From positions 124,001 through 188,000 of the forward strand of contig JAXLNO010005889.1 of assembly GCA_038087875.1 (NCBI GenBank): a DNA stretch of 64,000 nucleotides, read 5' to 3'. Source of the stretch: Malacoraja senta. Taxonomy: Eukaryota. The notes below the pieces were generated by a model that saw only the letters and a program-made list of their open reading frames with translations, made no database searches and was not told the origin of the DNA. Shown here in pieces: positions 38,479 to 51,136 of this stretch. The translations under genes were made by a program, and so were the position numbers. The stretch's first letter is position 1. The number at the start of each line of letters is the position of its first letter.

Positions 38479-40096
38479 AAAAGGGGTTGGTCAATGTTTT
38501 GAATCAAGACCAGGCATCTCTGGAGGTCTTGGCACATTTCCCTGAGAAAGACTTGACCAACTATTTTCTCAGTTATTGTATCCACAGAACGGCAGATGTG
38601 AGGTTGTTCCACATGTTGGATAGATATATAAATTGTACTTAATAACAACATCAAGTGCAGGGACTGTATTAGGCAGTTGGCAGATTTTCTGTACAGTAGG
38701 ATTGTTTTTCTATTAATACCCCAACTCACTTTTAATTCTTTTTTTATATTTAATATTAGTAGAATATATATTTTTAAAGAGCCAGTTATGTTAAATCATC
38801 TTTCAAGAAAGGAGAGAGGTCACATTAATTAAAAACAAGCCTCCTAATATGCAGTAAACAAAGCAATGTTTTTGCACACTAAATATACATGCAATGCAAC
38901 ATTTAGGAGCATATTTCTTGAGCCAATTGCTGCAATTAATGGCCCTATAGTTTATATAGCAAACCTTCATAAGCCATGTAGATTGTGGAAGAGCTATGGA
39001 GTTTTAAAGAAATGATCAGAACTCCACCAGTTAGGTAAAAGTGAGCAAAGAAAGTTATTGAATCGAAAAAAAAGATGAGATATAAAAAGGGAAAAAGAAG
39101 AGTAAGAGTAGACGGAAAAAGGAGGGAAGAAAACCTTTATGCCATTTGGTCCTTTTTTCACAGAAGGAGGCAATTCAGCCCATCGGGTCCATGCTGGCTC
39201 ACGGGGCAATCCCACTTCTCCTTTCCTTATTTCTCTACAGCCTTGCAACTTATTATTTCCGTCACACATGACGATCCATTACGCTTTCATTCTCTTTTGC
39301 CATTAATCCACAGTAAGGGGTCGTTTGCAGCAGCCAATAAAGCCCATCTTTGGTACATGAATGAAACAAATGGGGTTACGGAGAGAATGTGAAAACTGCG
39401 GACAGACACCATCCAGGGTAAGGGTCAAATCTGGTCCCTCGATCTGTGAAGCAGCAGTAGAAAATATGTCACTTTGTTGCAAATAGGCACAGTTACAAAT
39501 GTCGGGCCAACACAACACCAACTTATACTGGCCCAAACTACTCAGCTAATAAAGACATTAAGTACATTTGAATTCTAACCAACTTTGTTGTAGTGGGTTG
39601 AGGAGCAGAGGTCAAGATGTGGTATAGTGGAGAGCTTGACTGAGAGACCATAATGCAGGTGTCCTATGGTGTGTTCAGGGAGAGAAGAAATCTCCCATAA
39701 AGTAGAAGGACAAAAACTTGCCTAATATTGATTATTTGTATCCTGAACACTCTTTAGGTGAAGCACAGTTCAAAAACGTTATTCATATTCATTAGAAACA
39801 GAGACAGTATTTCCATTTGGCACAGGGTCAGGCCAGCTCTTATGTTAGTCTCAGTGCAAGTACAACTCAATCCAGGCAAGGTGCAGGAAATGACTGAACA
39901 AACGTTGCATACCTTCTGAGTAAATGCAGGGAGGAAGGAAAGGGAGAAGAGATTACGCTGCATAGCTTGCACTGAACTCTCCAGGTGCTCGGAAACCACT
40001 CAGCTAAAGTTAATAATGGATGGTGAGTAAAGGACGTCAATAACCAAAGGAAATGCAACTCATGAAGAACACACAAATATTTTATTGCCTTGAATC

Positions 40097-40284
40097 GACA
40101 CAAAATGCTGGAGTATCCCAACAGGTCAGGCTGCATCTCTGAGGAAAAGGAATAGGTGATGTTTCAGGTCAGAACCCTTCTTCACTTGGGTCTAAAAAGG
40201 GGTTCCGACCTGAAACATCACCTATTCCTTTTCTCCAGAGATGCTCGCTGCCTGACCCGCTGAGTTACTCCAGCATTTTGTGTC
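40097..40284. mobile_element. Near-symmetric fold-back Penelope terminal-repeat dimer
   Basis: Inverted arms of about 90 bp meet at two head-to-head hammerhead remnants (40155-40220). Confidence 0.88.
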
Positions 40285-43119
40285 TGTCTTGTTCTGACCA
40301 CAAGTCAATGATATGAAACGTCAACTTTGCTTTTCTCCCAAGAAATGTGGCCTGACTTGCTGAATATTTCCACAATTTTCTATTTTTTTAATTTCCAACA
40401 GTCACACTATTTCGTTGCCTCTTCAATAATTCCATCACCACAATATAACATTTGAATTTAAGTTCATTTATGACTTTGCCATTGACTTCCACAAGAAAAC
40501 TTAACAACCCGTGAAATTGAAATGTTTAGAGTTGATTAGATTAACAATGTAATGAATAGTCTATTGCAATAGTCTATTGCAACAAATTGCAATATCCAAG
40601 AAACAGAGTGGCAAAATGACCAAGGACTGTAATCGCAGCATAGTTGATTTTGATCGCAGTTGAGTTAAGTCCTTGGGATTCAGCATAAAAAGGTTTGGGA
40701 AGGTTTTGGGAGGGAGGCCAAAGTGGTTGTTACCTACAGAGGTAAAAACCTACACAGAGCTGCAGGGAAACACAATGCCTGTCCTTTTTAACTATGTACC
40801 TTGGGCTCCCCACAGCCTGAGTTCAGTGACAATCGCCTCTTCCCCATCTTGTCCAAACTATTGGGATGAGCCCAGAATATCTTTCAGAACCAGCTAATGC
40901 AATTACCATCAACCAGATGACCATGACCAGATGTCTTAGATGACAACCAACCTTCTGAGTCAACCAACTTTCATCAACAGTGCACCCTGTTAACATCCTG
41001 TTCCATCTGGTCATGGTCACCAAGAAGACAGGTTGGTCAGTCAGCTGCGCCATGTTCCTTAAAGACAATCAGCCCACTGATTTTGATTTAGCATTTGAGG
41101 CAAAACTGCAAGTGATGGTTTATTTTGAAGAGTTTCTTCTGGTGGAGTGGTCACGTTACTCTAACATTCCAAAAATGAGAAAGAACATTATTTTATTGAC
41201 TTAGCATAAATGTAAAAAATATTGCATTCCCAAAATTCCCTGAGGCCCCGTGATCACTGTGCAATATTAATCTATCAGTACTTAGTATATTTACACAAAG
41301 CTCTTCTGTCAATTTTGACAAGGTGTACGATATATTTGTACATTGCGCTGGCATCACAAAATTCTAAGAAAAAAATTATTTAAGTAGGAGTGCATATTAC
41401 TATTTGCAGCGTTAATTGCTCGTTCATGGTTGAAGTGGCACAGGTCAGCAAACAGTGCTGGTAGGAATAAGTGGAGGTTATTGAGACAAAGAATGGCAGG
41501 TTATCAATCAATACTGCGAGCCTACACACTGAATAGAAGCAACCTCGAGTAATCACTTAATGCCTTATTCCGCACATGACATAACAGTGTAACCCAATTT
41601 GACTCAAATAAAGAAGTCTGTGTCACAGAAACAATTACAATTTATAATAGCTGTGGATTATCGAAACTGGCAACAGCACATAACTTCAGTCATTTGATAA
41701 ATTTTTGAAGAAATTTCTAAAATCTAACATTAGAGACAGCAAGACTGAACACTCTTGCCCAAAAATAACAGTGCATCCATTTTAGTGGCGTTAAAATAAG
41801 GATGCGGTTAGTATTAATGCTCCAATGAGCGACCTGCAAAATAAAATTGGTTAGAACGATATCCAAGTTGTTGTTGCCCAGAAAAACTAAAACAAGACCC
41901 TCATGGTTCCTGGTGGGATGTGCTTTAATTGAATACAGCCACAGACACTTTGTGTCCTTGGGCTAAGGCACAAAGAATAAAAGAAAGGCTCCTCTTATTG
42001 GAAGAAAACTCCCACAACTTTAACCTTATGAGCACAGGAGACACAGAGCCTCAAATCATCCAAGAACAGAGACCACAGGAGCTGTGCCAGGTATGCTACT
42101 AACAATGTTTGAATGGGATGACCACCTTCTTTTTGATTTGATCTGATCTACAGTAGACTCCCTCGTTACCACATATGCACCATATATCATCACAAAGACA
42201 TTTTGAACACAGCCTATAGAATGCAACTATCTTTTATTCTGTCTATGCAGGAAAGCAAAGCGGTTCCCCCTCTGTTCAGCCTCATTAGGAGCGAAAAGAG
42301 TCGGAGGAACAGGAGGGACGAGGGAGAGGTGGAGGGGATGATGTTATCACTGGGAGAGACATCAGGCTCTAACGGGCTACACCCTGGTAGCAGATGAAGG
42401 AAACTAGTACAGTGGTTCACAGGAGATGGAGTCCATGCATCCATATTGCCCAGGAGTACTCGGGTGAGGTCCCTGATGGGCATCTTTTCCTAAAGATGGA
42501 GATGCATGTTTTGATGGTCAGTGCATTGTTATACTTTAGTGACAAAATGCATGGAGGATTCCATCTGCAAGGTCTTGCACGGGATTGTGTGGAATCAGCA
42601 AACTCCATCGTCCATTCTTGAACCTCTGCACATATTTTGGAAGAGCCGGATTGGAATCCTGGCATGGACTCAGTGGGCCTAAGAGGCTGTTTCCGAGCTG
42701 TATCTTTAAACTAAACTAAACTAAATCAGAAAGGTACAAGGTAGAGAATAGTAGGCAGGGAGTGGTGTTCAGGGATGCTCTTATGTTTTGTGGTGGTTGA
42801 GGTCACAGGCTAAACATTTTTGTGGCTGTAGCCCTGGTGAATGATGAGGGAGGTGTAGAATGGTGATGTTGAATGGAGTATTTTTGTAGGGTGATGGATG
42901 GAATGCCAAGTAAGCCGTTTTTGCAGATTATTGGTGGGGTTGGAAATGTTATGACAGTGGACTGTAATGTTAACAACAAACCCACCCCCCACCCTTTCTA
43001 CCTCCCCCCTCCCTCCTCTAAGCCATATCTGGACTAGCACCTATTTCTCCCCTCCCTCTCCACCTACATTCCTTCCTCTAACTTCACAATTCACAACTCT
43101 TCAATCCTTTTGTCTCACA

Positions 43120-43490
43120 CATGATCATAGAATCAGAATGATACGGCATGGAAAACCCCTTCGGCGCAACGTCCACATGTGGCTAACATGTCCCAGCTAC
43201 ACTAGTCCCACTTGCCCGCATTTGGCCCATGTCCCTCCAAACCTATCCTATCAAATATCTGTCTAACTGTTTAGTAAACGTTGGGATAGTCCCTGTCTCA
43301 ACTACCTCCTCGTGCAGCTTGTTCCATACACCCACCACCCTTTGTGTGAAAAAGTCACTTTTCCCTTTCACCTTAAACCTATGTCCTCTGGTCCATCGAT
43401 TCCACTACTCCGGTGAAGAGACTCTATGAATCTACCCGATCTATTCCTCTCATGATTTTATACACCTATATAAGATCACTCCTCATCCTC
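43120..43490 (-). mobile_element. HER1/CR1 LINE 3' fragment
   Basis: Same subfamily as 11008-11270 and 57935-58352. Confidence 0.85.
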
Positions 43491-43834
43491 CTATCTTTTC
43501 ATCTCTGGCATGTAATTTACTGTATATATGTTATGTTTTTATTTGCAAGCAAGATTTTCATTGTGCAACTGACATCAAAAACTCAACTCGACTTGACTTG
43601 ACCTGTCAGTGACGGTTGGTGGTCTGTGAAATCAAAAGAATCATTGTAGGGGAAACTGATGAAATTCCTACACACCATTGTTAATTGCCAGAATATTCAT
43701 AACAGGGTCTACGGGAATTTTCTGCCTGTCATCCAAAACATAACTAATGACAGCAATTGAAAACGTGAAGCATCACAGGCAAGTTTTAAATACTCTCATT
43801 GTGGTGTATTGAACAAAAAAATAATTGTTGCCTA

Positions 43835-44029
43835 GGCCCCATAGCAGAAGTGTCCACGTCGCGGGGCTGGAAACTGGAAGTATCCTGAGCTAATTCTGCT
43901 ACCACCATCATCTATTGCGACAAGTGATGGCTTCCACTGATTGTCGCCGGAAGCTTGTGTCCTTTTCAAGACGGACGATGACAGCAAAGCCAACATTTGT
44001 AACAAGATGGACACAAAAAGAAGAAGAAG
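43835..44029 (+). mobile_element. Short 5'-truncated retroposon with (AAG)n tail and 11-bp TSD
   Basis: TSD attgttgccta at 43824-43834 and 44030-44040; ends aaaaagaagaagaag; CpG-rich. Confidence 0.8.
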
Positions 44030-44329
44030 ATTGTTGCCTACACTGTTATTTTGATGTGCATACAATGCTCTCATAAAAAAGGTGCAAGGAATAGTGCCAT
44101 CCTGACAACATTCTCTATTTTCATTTCAACCCAGGGGTTTCCATCAGCCACACACTATTACATTTTCATCTTCAGACGCTGAATGACCTGCAATGAGCTT
44201 CTATTTATATTCAACCATTAAGTGTCTCTGTGATTCTCACTACAGCACATCTGTTGGGAGGAGAATAACTGGTAACACTCCACAAATGCAATCTCCATCT
44301 CCTTCACTTATAGATATCTGCAGTTTCAA

Positions 44330-44446
44330 AGAACTGCAGATGCCGGTTTATACCAGACACAGTTAGTTCCAACCCGAAAGGTCACTGATCATTTTCCTCC
44401 AGAGATGCTGCCTGACCTGCTGAGTTACTGCAGCACTTTGTGTCTG
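44330..44446. mobile_element. Fold-back Penelope terminal-repeat element
   Basis: gaactgcagatgccggtttatacc is followed by the opposite-orientation arm cccgaaaggtcac...gagttactgcagcactttgtgtc. Flanked by the direct repeat tctgcagtttcaaa (44317-44330 and 44447-44460). Confidence 0.75.
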
Positions 44447-45965
44447 TCTGCAGTTTCAAAAACTGAGTGGAGTTTTTCTTTCATTTCTTTCATTTTCCAG
44501 AAACCTGTTTGTTTTTGTTTAACTCTCAGATTCTCACAGTAACATCTTAACCATTGTTCAGAGTATTACCTGACCCCAAATATAATATAGTCAGGGGTGT
44601 AAGTAACACATTTCTTTCCAGCACGATTGTCTCGCTAACGTTGCCAATTTAAGCCTTTTATACTCATTGCGTTAGTTTTTTTTAAATCAGTACATTGTAT
44701 TGGCCTGTAGCCATTTATTGTCGCCTCTGAATATAGCTAATGGGTCTTCAATTGGTTTGCAGTATCTTTTATGGGTTGCACCAAAAATAAGTGTGCTGCA
44801 GTATTGTAACGCATGTAAAATTTCAATCAGGACTGCAGAAGGAATCTACATGCCACAGAGATCTGCATATTCTGCATCGTTGTAGGTTCAATCGTCTTTG
44901 AGAATTAATTTGGCTTCTTAAGCTTTTGCAGCACATGCCTGTCTTCAGAGGTCTGGCCCTTGAGATTTGCTATTGTTACGACCCTCAAGAATAATCAGAG
45001 AACATTTATTGAGCATTATTCTAAATGGTTGAATGGTAATTAGTTTCTGAATGTTAATTGCAATAGAATTAGCTAATGTATGCCCACAATACTGCCAGGC
45101 TTCTGGGCTGATGGAAATTAATTTGTTTGTCTCCTATCTTTCCGTATTATGTATGTTGCTGATTTATATTGCATTTTGTACGATTGTAAATAATTGCATC
45201 AAAAGACATACTTAAAAATTATGTAAAGTGATAACATTGTCCAGTAATTAATTAATTTTATAAATCAATGTAACAGAATATCCTGGTTGATTCTTTAATG
45301 TTGTTGTGAATGGATTATAAGATTTTGAAATATGTAACCATTCACAATTTTCTTTTCACATATTTATGCTCCGAAAGCAGCCATATGATACACAGAATAT
45401 TCCACAAAATCAGTGCATAATATTCACTTGACAGAAATAAAATTAAATTTATATTCATCATGATCATTACCTTATTTATTATATTTCAAAACATTTGTTG
45501 TGTCATCGAATTTTCCAATGCAAATTGTTGGTAATTTCAAACCTCCATTTAAAAAAAATCCAAACTAATACAATAGCAGTAAATTAAAATGCTGCTTGAG
45601 TTCTTCTGAGCTACCAAGTGGTTAATAAAACTATGCTAACATTTCCAATCCAGCTGAGCGAATTTTTTAAATGTCTTTGTTCCTCGGATGTGGATATCAA
45701 TGACAATGCCAGCATTTACTGTCCAGTATTGTTTGCCCCTGGGATAAGGAAGCAGCAGAGAATCACCACATTCCTCCAACTGTGTTGTTTAAAGAGAAAC
45801 CCAGACTAATGACACACATTTAACTACTTATTGTGGAAGTATTTTGAGAGAAATTGACCCACATAAGTTTCAGGGCAATATATTTTACTGGAATTCTGAG
45901 ACATTTATTTTAAACAACCATTACAACAGTGGGTGGTACAAATATGGAACAAGCTTTTAGATTTA

Positions 45966-46272
45966 AGGGCCTGTCCCACTATACGAGTTTACCCAAGAGC
46001 TCTCCCGAGTAAAAAAAAAAATCTAACTCGTGGTAAGTACGTAGAATGTACCTAGCGGGTACATCGGAGCTCGGGACGTCTCTTAGCGGCTCGTAACGCT
46101 AACGGCAGGTACTTGGGAAACGCGGTAAGCTCGTGAAGTTTTTTCAACATGTTGAAAAATGTCCACGAGAGCCCCGAGTACCTACGAGCGGCTATTACCG
46201 TAATTCTCCGAGTTCGAATCAGGGGAAACTCGGGAGAACTCTTGAATTACCTCGTACAGTGGGACAGGCCCT
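45966..46272. mobile_element. MITE, PIF/Harbinger-like (Kolobok not excluded)
   Basis: TIR AGGGCCTGTCCCACT / AGTGGGACAGGCCCT extends imperfectly to about 45 bp. TTA/TAA (TTAA) flanks; CpG-rich. Confidence 0.85.
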
Positions 46273-46275
46273 TAA

Positions 46276-46762
46276 GTAGTTGAGGCACGTACAATGACTT
46301 TTAAAATATATTTGGACAGGTACATGGATAGGGCAAATAGGGCCAGCATGGATGGGCATTGTGGTCAGCATAGATGAAGTTGGGCTGAAAGGTATGTTTC
46401 TGTACCATATGACTCTGGACTATCAGAAAGGCTTGGATAGAGTGGATGTGGAGAGGATGTTACCACTAGTGGGAGAGTCTAGGACCAGAGGTTATAGCCA
46501 CAGGATTAATGGACGTTCTTTTAGGAAGGAGACGAGGCAAATGTATTTATTCAGAGGGTGGTGAATCTGTGGAATTCTTTGTGGAAGTCAGTGGATATTT
46601 TTAAGGCAGAGATAGATAGATTCTTGATTAGTACAGGTGTCAGAGATTATGGGGAGAAGGCAAGAGAATGGGGTTAGGAGGGAGAGATAGATCAGTCATG
46701 GTTGAATGGCGGAGTAGACTTGATCGGCCGAATGGCCTAATTCTATTATCACATGATCTTAT
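46276..46762 (+). mobile_element. Two HER1/CR1 LINE 3' fragments
   Basis: GLDRVDVERMLPLVGESRTRGYS plus 3' tails. Confidence 0.8.
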
Positions 46763-46846
46763 GATTATAACTGTGATAACTGGCAAGGAATCTGCATCCA
46801 TGCCTCTGCTTAAATTTGAAGTGGCAAAGACGATTACATCACAGTT

Positions 46847-47062
46847 TGGCGAGTCGAGATGATCGAGTAAAGTAAAATTCTTTATTTTTAACGATAATAA
46901 AGCGATTTACTCGAGCGAGTTTTAAACAGTCAAAATAATGAAACTCCCTCGAACAGGGTGGAGCTTGAATGAATGCTTTACCAAAAGCCCGCGAAAACAT
47001 TCCCCCGATCACGTGACCACGAGGGTTTGTGATTCCCCAGGCCACCACTAGGTGCCGCTACA
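46847..47062 (-). mobile_element. Solo LTR (216 bp)
   Basis: TG...CA termini; direct repeat ACAGTT at 46841-46846 and 47063-47068; minus-strand AATAAA about 35 bp from the 3' end; CpG-rich. Confidence 0.72.
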
Positions 47063-47334
47063 ACAGTTTACTGATGCAAAGACATTATGGCTAAATTGTG
47101 TCTGTAAATAGAAATCTTTTCTTCACTCAGATCAATGCCTCAGGGCAGTTACCTTGGGCACACAGTATAACTTTAGGCCTAGATTTTTGTAAAGCTCGGC
47201 AATTTGTAGTAGTGACTACACTGGTTCAAGTTCCGAGGCACAAATATCACCAGCAATTTGTCCTGGATCAATCACATTGAACTACAGCGGGGAGAGTTGT
47301 ACCACCTTTACTTTCTCAGAAAACTCTGCATGTT

Positions 47335-47650
47335 CTCGGAAGGCTCAGAATGTAGAGAGTCTTTTACCCAGAGTATGAGAATCAAAAACCAGAGGACATG
47401 GGTTTAAGGTGTCAGGGGAAAGATTTAAGAGAAATCTCGAGGGGCAACTTTTCACACAGAGGATGGTAGGTGTAGGGAACGAGCTGCCAGAGGAGGTAGT
47501 TGTGGCAGATACTATAACAACATTTAAAGGGCAGTTGAACAACTACATGGATGGGAAAAGTTTAGATGGATATGGCCAAATGTGCGCAGGTGGGACATCT
47601 TGGTCTCCAAGTTGGGCCAAAGGGGCTATTTCCCTGCTGTATGACTCTAA
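47335..47650 (+). mobile_element. HER1/CR1 LINE 3' fragment
   Basis: GERFKRNLEGQLFTQRMVGVGNELPEEVV...YMD. Confidence 0.85.
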
Positions 47651-47651
47651 A

Positions 47652-48085
47652 TTAGGTATGTCTCCGATGAATCTCACCAACCTCTACAGCTACACCACAG
47701 AAAGCATTCTGGTAGGATGCAGCACAGCTTGGTTTGGCAACAGTGCCCAAGACCACAAGCATGGAAACATAGAAAATAAGTGCATGAGTAGGCCATTCGG
47801 CCCTTCGAGCCTGTTCAATATGATCATGGCTGATCATCCAAAATCAGTACCCCATTCCTGCTTTCTCCCCATATCCCTTGATTCCGTTAGCCCTAAGAGC
47901 TATATCTAAATCTCTCTTGAAAACATCCAGTTAATTGGCTTCCACTGCCTTCTGTGGCAGAGAATTCCACAGATTCACAATTCTCTGGGTGAAAAAGGTT
48001 TTCCTCATCTCAGTCTGAAATGGCCTACCCCTTATTCTTAAGCAATTGCAGAGGGTTGTGGATGTAGCCGAGTCCATCACGCAAA
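47652..48085 (+). mobile_element. Rex1/Babar RT fragment split by a minus-strand HER1 insertion (47762-48038)
   Basis: GMSPMNLTNLYSYTTESILVGCSTAWFGNSAQDHK before the insertion and LQRVV..AESITQ after it; aagca is duplicated at the borders. Confidence 0.75.
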
Positions 48086-48934
48086 ATACCAGGAGGAAGC
48101 CCACAGTCACAGGGAGAACATGCAAACAGTCAGCACCCTAGGTCAGGATTTAACCTGGGTCTCTGGCACTTAGAGGCAGCAGCTCAATCACTACAGCACC
48201 CTAATGGATGGAGAACAGCTGGCGAGCTGCTGTCTACCTATTTGAAAGGTGTCATGATCTCATAGAACTAAAACACTTAAATAAACCTGGCTAAAAATAC
48301 CAGGACACAGAAGCAATGTGGAACTCAAGGAAGAACTCATCTGAATATTGATACCCACTCGCGCTAATCTGAAAATCACTGAGCTGAACATTTTAACATA
48401 ACATCAACACCAATGGTGCAGCTTAAAAGCCCCAGTTTTGAGCTAAGCTGTGAAAATGGAGATGCAGTCAGTACTCCCAAATGAGAAAAAAAAACAAATT
48501 GAAAATGTAATAGATGATATAAAATCTTTGATGATGCTCCTCTATCAACTGTTTATCAGCTTTTCTTAAGAAGCTTCCTGTGAGACGGTAATATGTTCAT
48601 ATGCTTAAACCATTGTGATCCATATCTGAATATATGATGTAAAAGCTAGATATAATGGAATAAAATAAAACTATACATCAAATAGATTTTTTAAAACATA
48701 TTCCATAGAAATCTTTCTTGCAATGATCGATGTCTTGATTCTATTTTGCACATTGCTAACTCATGTGCTCTGATTTTGTGGGAAATTGCTTCCAATTTCT
48801 TGCAATAATGGCAATTGATCAGGGATTTCCAGGAATAAAAAACATGCATTTACTGGAAATTCAATTCAAAAGCAGAAAATGCTGTAAGCACTCAGTAGAT
48901 CAGGCTATATTGATGAGGAGAGAAACAGAGTCAG

Positions 48935-49225
48935 CAGGAGTCACAGTGGCGCAGAGGTAGAGTGCTGCCTTACAGCGCCAGAGACGTGGGTTTGATCCCA
49001 ACTATGGGTGCTGTTTGTACGGAGTTTGTACTTTCTCCCCGTGACCCACGTGGGTTTTCCCCGGGTGCTCCGGTTTCCTCCCATGTTCCAAAGATGTACA
49101 TGTTTGTAGGTTCATTGGCTTTGCTAGTGTGTAGGATAGTGTTAGTGTACAGGGATCGCTGGTCGGCGCGGACTCGGTGTGCAGAAAGGCCTGTTTCCGC
49201 GTTGTACCTTGAAACTAAACTAAAC
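48935..49225 (+). mobile_element. HE1-type SINE
   Basis: Head, V-domain and tail. Confidence 0.88.
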
Positions 49226-49639
49226 CAGGTCAAAGATCCTTCTTCAAAACTAAGAAAGTTAGAAGATAAGCAAGTTTAACTTCACAGAAGTGGGGAAGAG
49301 ATCGAGAGACAGAGGGATGTGACATGATGCAGACTATAGTTACAATCCTTAAACAACTGCCATTTGGAGACAGGAAGGAAAAACAAAACAAGTTGAATCA
49401 GAAAAATACAGCCACATCGGTGAACAAAGAGATGAAAAGAAGTTAACTGAAATCATTAAATTCAATATTAAATTTTGCTGCATGTAATGTACCCAGACAG
49501 AAGACCCAGACCTACTTTCGTGATGAAAGGGCAACATCACCCCCTGAGTTTCTCCAGCATTTTTGTCTACCTTTGATTGTTCCAGCATCTGCAGTTCCTT
49601 CTTAAACAGACAGAAGATGAAGTGTTTTTCCTGAAATGC

Positions 49640-49910
49640 ACCGCCAGCATGGAGAGACAATTCTGGACTAAGATGGAGTTATGGGAGCGACTGTTGTGAT
49701 TGGACTTGCATACTATCACTTCCTACCAGTAGCCAAATATTAATGATAGATCGCGAATGGAGAGAGTTGGCAGCTTCAAATTCCTAGGTGTAAACATCTC
49801 AGATGGCCTATCCTAGGCCCAGCACATAAATGTTATCATGTTGAAGGCATGCCAGCACCTTTACTTTCTTCGGAGTTTAAAGAGATTCATCATGCCACCA
49901 AACACTCTAA
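49640..49910 (+). mobile_element. Rex1/Babar RT fragment
   Basis: ERVGSFKFLGVNISDGLS*AQHINVIMLKACQHLYFLRSLKRF. Confidence 0.75.
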
Positions 49911-50639
49911 ACAATGTGGTTGACACTTAAACGCAGCTGAAATGCCCTAGCAAGTCATTCAATTCAAGCACAATTAGATAAAGGCTTATCAGTGATGCCC
50001 ATATCTTGAATTATGAATAAATAACATAAGATTCCACAGGATCTGCCCTGAACTTGCACCAGGTTCAACCAGCTGCAGGTTCAGTAACTCCATTCATCCC
50101 AATGGTGAGGACAGCTGATAGGAAGAATAGTGTGCTCCAGCTAATTTTATCGTATTTTTGTGTTAATGTATATGTTTTTAATTGTTAGCTCAAATTATTT
50201 AAATTGTATTTAATTGTTGCGTTTTATAACTTTTGCATATTTTGCTTTATTGTTTTTGATTATGTGATTCATTTTTAATTGATCTTTTTTTCTTGTTTTG
50301 TGGGCCATTCATATTTCTGTGACAGTTTTGACAAGTTATGCCTGGAGTTATGCATCAATCAGCCCGGGGCTGGCTATTTATTACGGGAAGGTTCGGCGTC
50401 AATCAAGAAATGGTTTGGGTACAGGATACCAATGCAAGTAAATATAGCTGGGATGCAGGTGTTGAAGTGGCTTCTCAGGTGCTTCTGTTTAAGCCTCAGT
50501 TTCTATGCTGGCTAGAGTCAAATTGCCATGTCTGTCATTCTGTGTTTCGATAGAGTGAACAAGAAAATAATGATTGAATTTACATCAAATTCATACTGTC
50601 ACTGAGTGAGAAATCAAGTGAAGATTGTTGGAATCTGGA

Positions 50640-51040
50640 TGGTATCAAACTTCTTAAAAATAATTGCGCTCATCCAGGCAAATGGAGAGTATTATTTTAT
50701 GATTCCGATTTGCATCTTGTAGATGGCATCAAGAAGTGAGTCACCCTTCATCAGATTCTCACTTCTGGCTGCTCTTGCAACCATGGTATTTATATACTTG
50801 GTCTAGTTGAGCTTCTGGTGAATGGTAACTCCCAGGATATCAACAGTGAGAGGCATTGCAATTCAATGCCATTGATTGTCGAGAGTTAGAATTTCACATT
50901 GGAAATGGTCACTGCCGGGCACTTTTATGGTGCAATGTTACTCGCACTTCTCAGACCATGCCTGAAATTGACCAGTTCTTGTAATGCCCAGGCAGAGACT
51001 TAGGTACAAGAGGAAATGAACATTGGGATCGATATCCAGG
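50640..51040 (-). mobile_element. Old CR1-like LINE fragment
   Basis: Diverged sequence (ctcatccaggcaaatggagagta...ctggtgaatggtaactcccagga), apparently the same old family as pieces near 16190 and 25070. Confidence 0.5.
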
Positions 51041-51122
51041 TGAGTATATTTATTGTCATTCCCCCCTCCACCTTTCCCCCCTCCACCCAGGACGCCAGTA
51101 ACTGCACATTCTCCTGACCCGT

Positions 51123-51136
51123 CCACCAGGTGGCGC
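51123..51136 (+). promoter_or_regulatory. CTCF consensus motif
   Basis: CCACCAGGTGGCGC fully fits CCASYAGRKGGCRS. Confidence 0.5.

Noticed and set aside
42203-43040. Cluster of 60-90-aa ORFs on both strands
   Set aside because: No motif or splice structure, and interrupted by SINE/PLE tails; likely an old LINE remnant I cannot classify.
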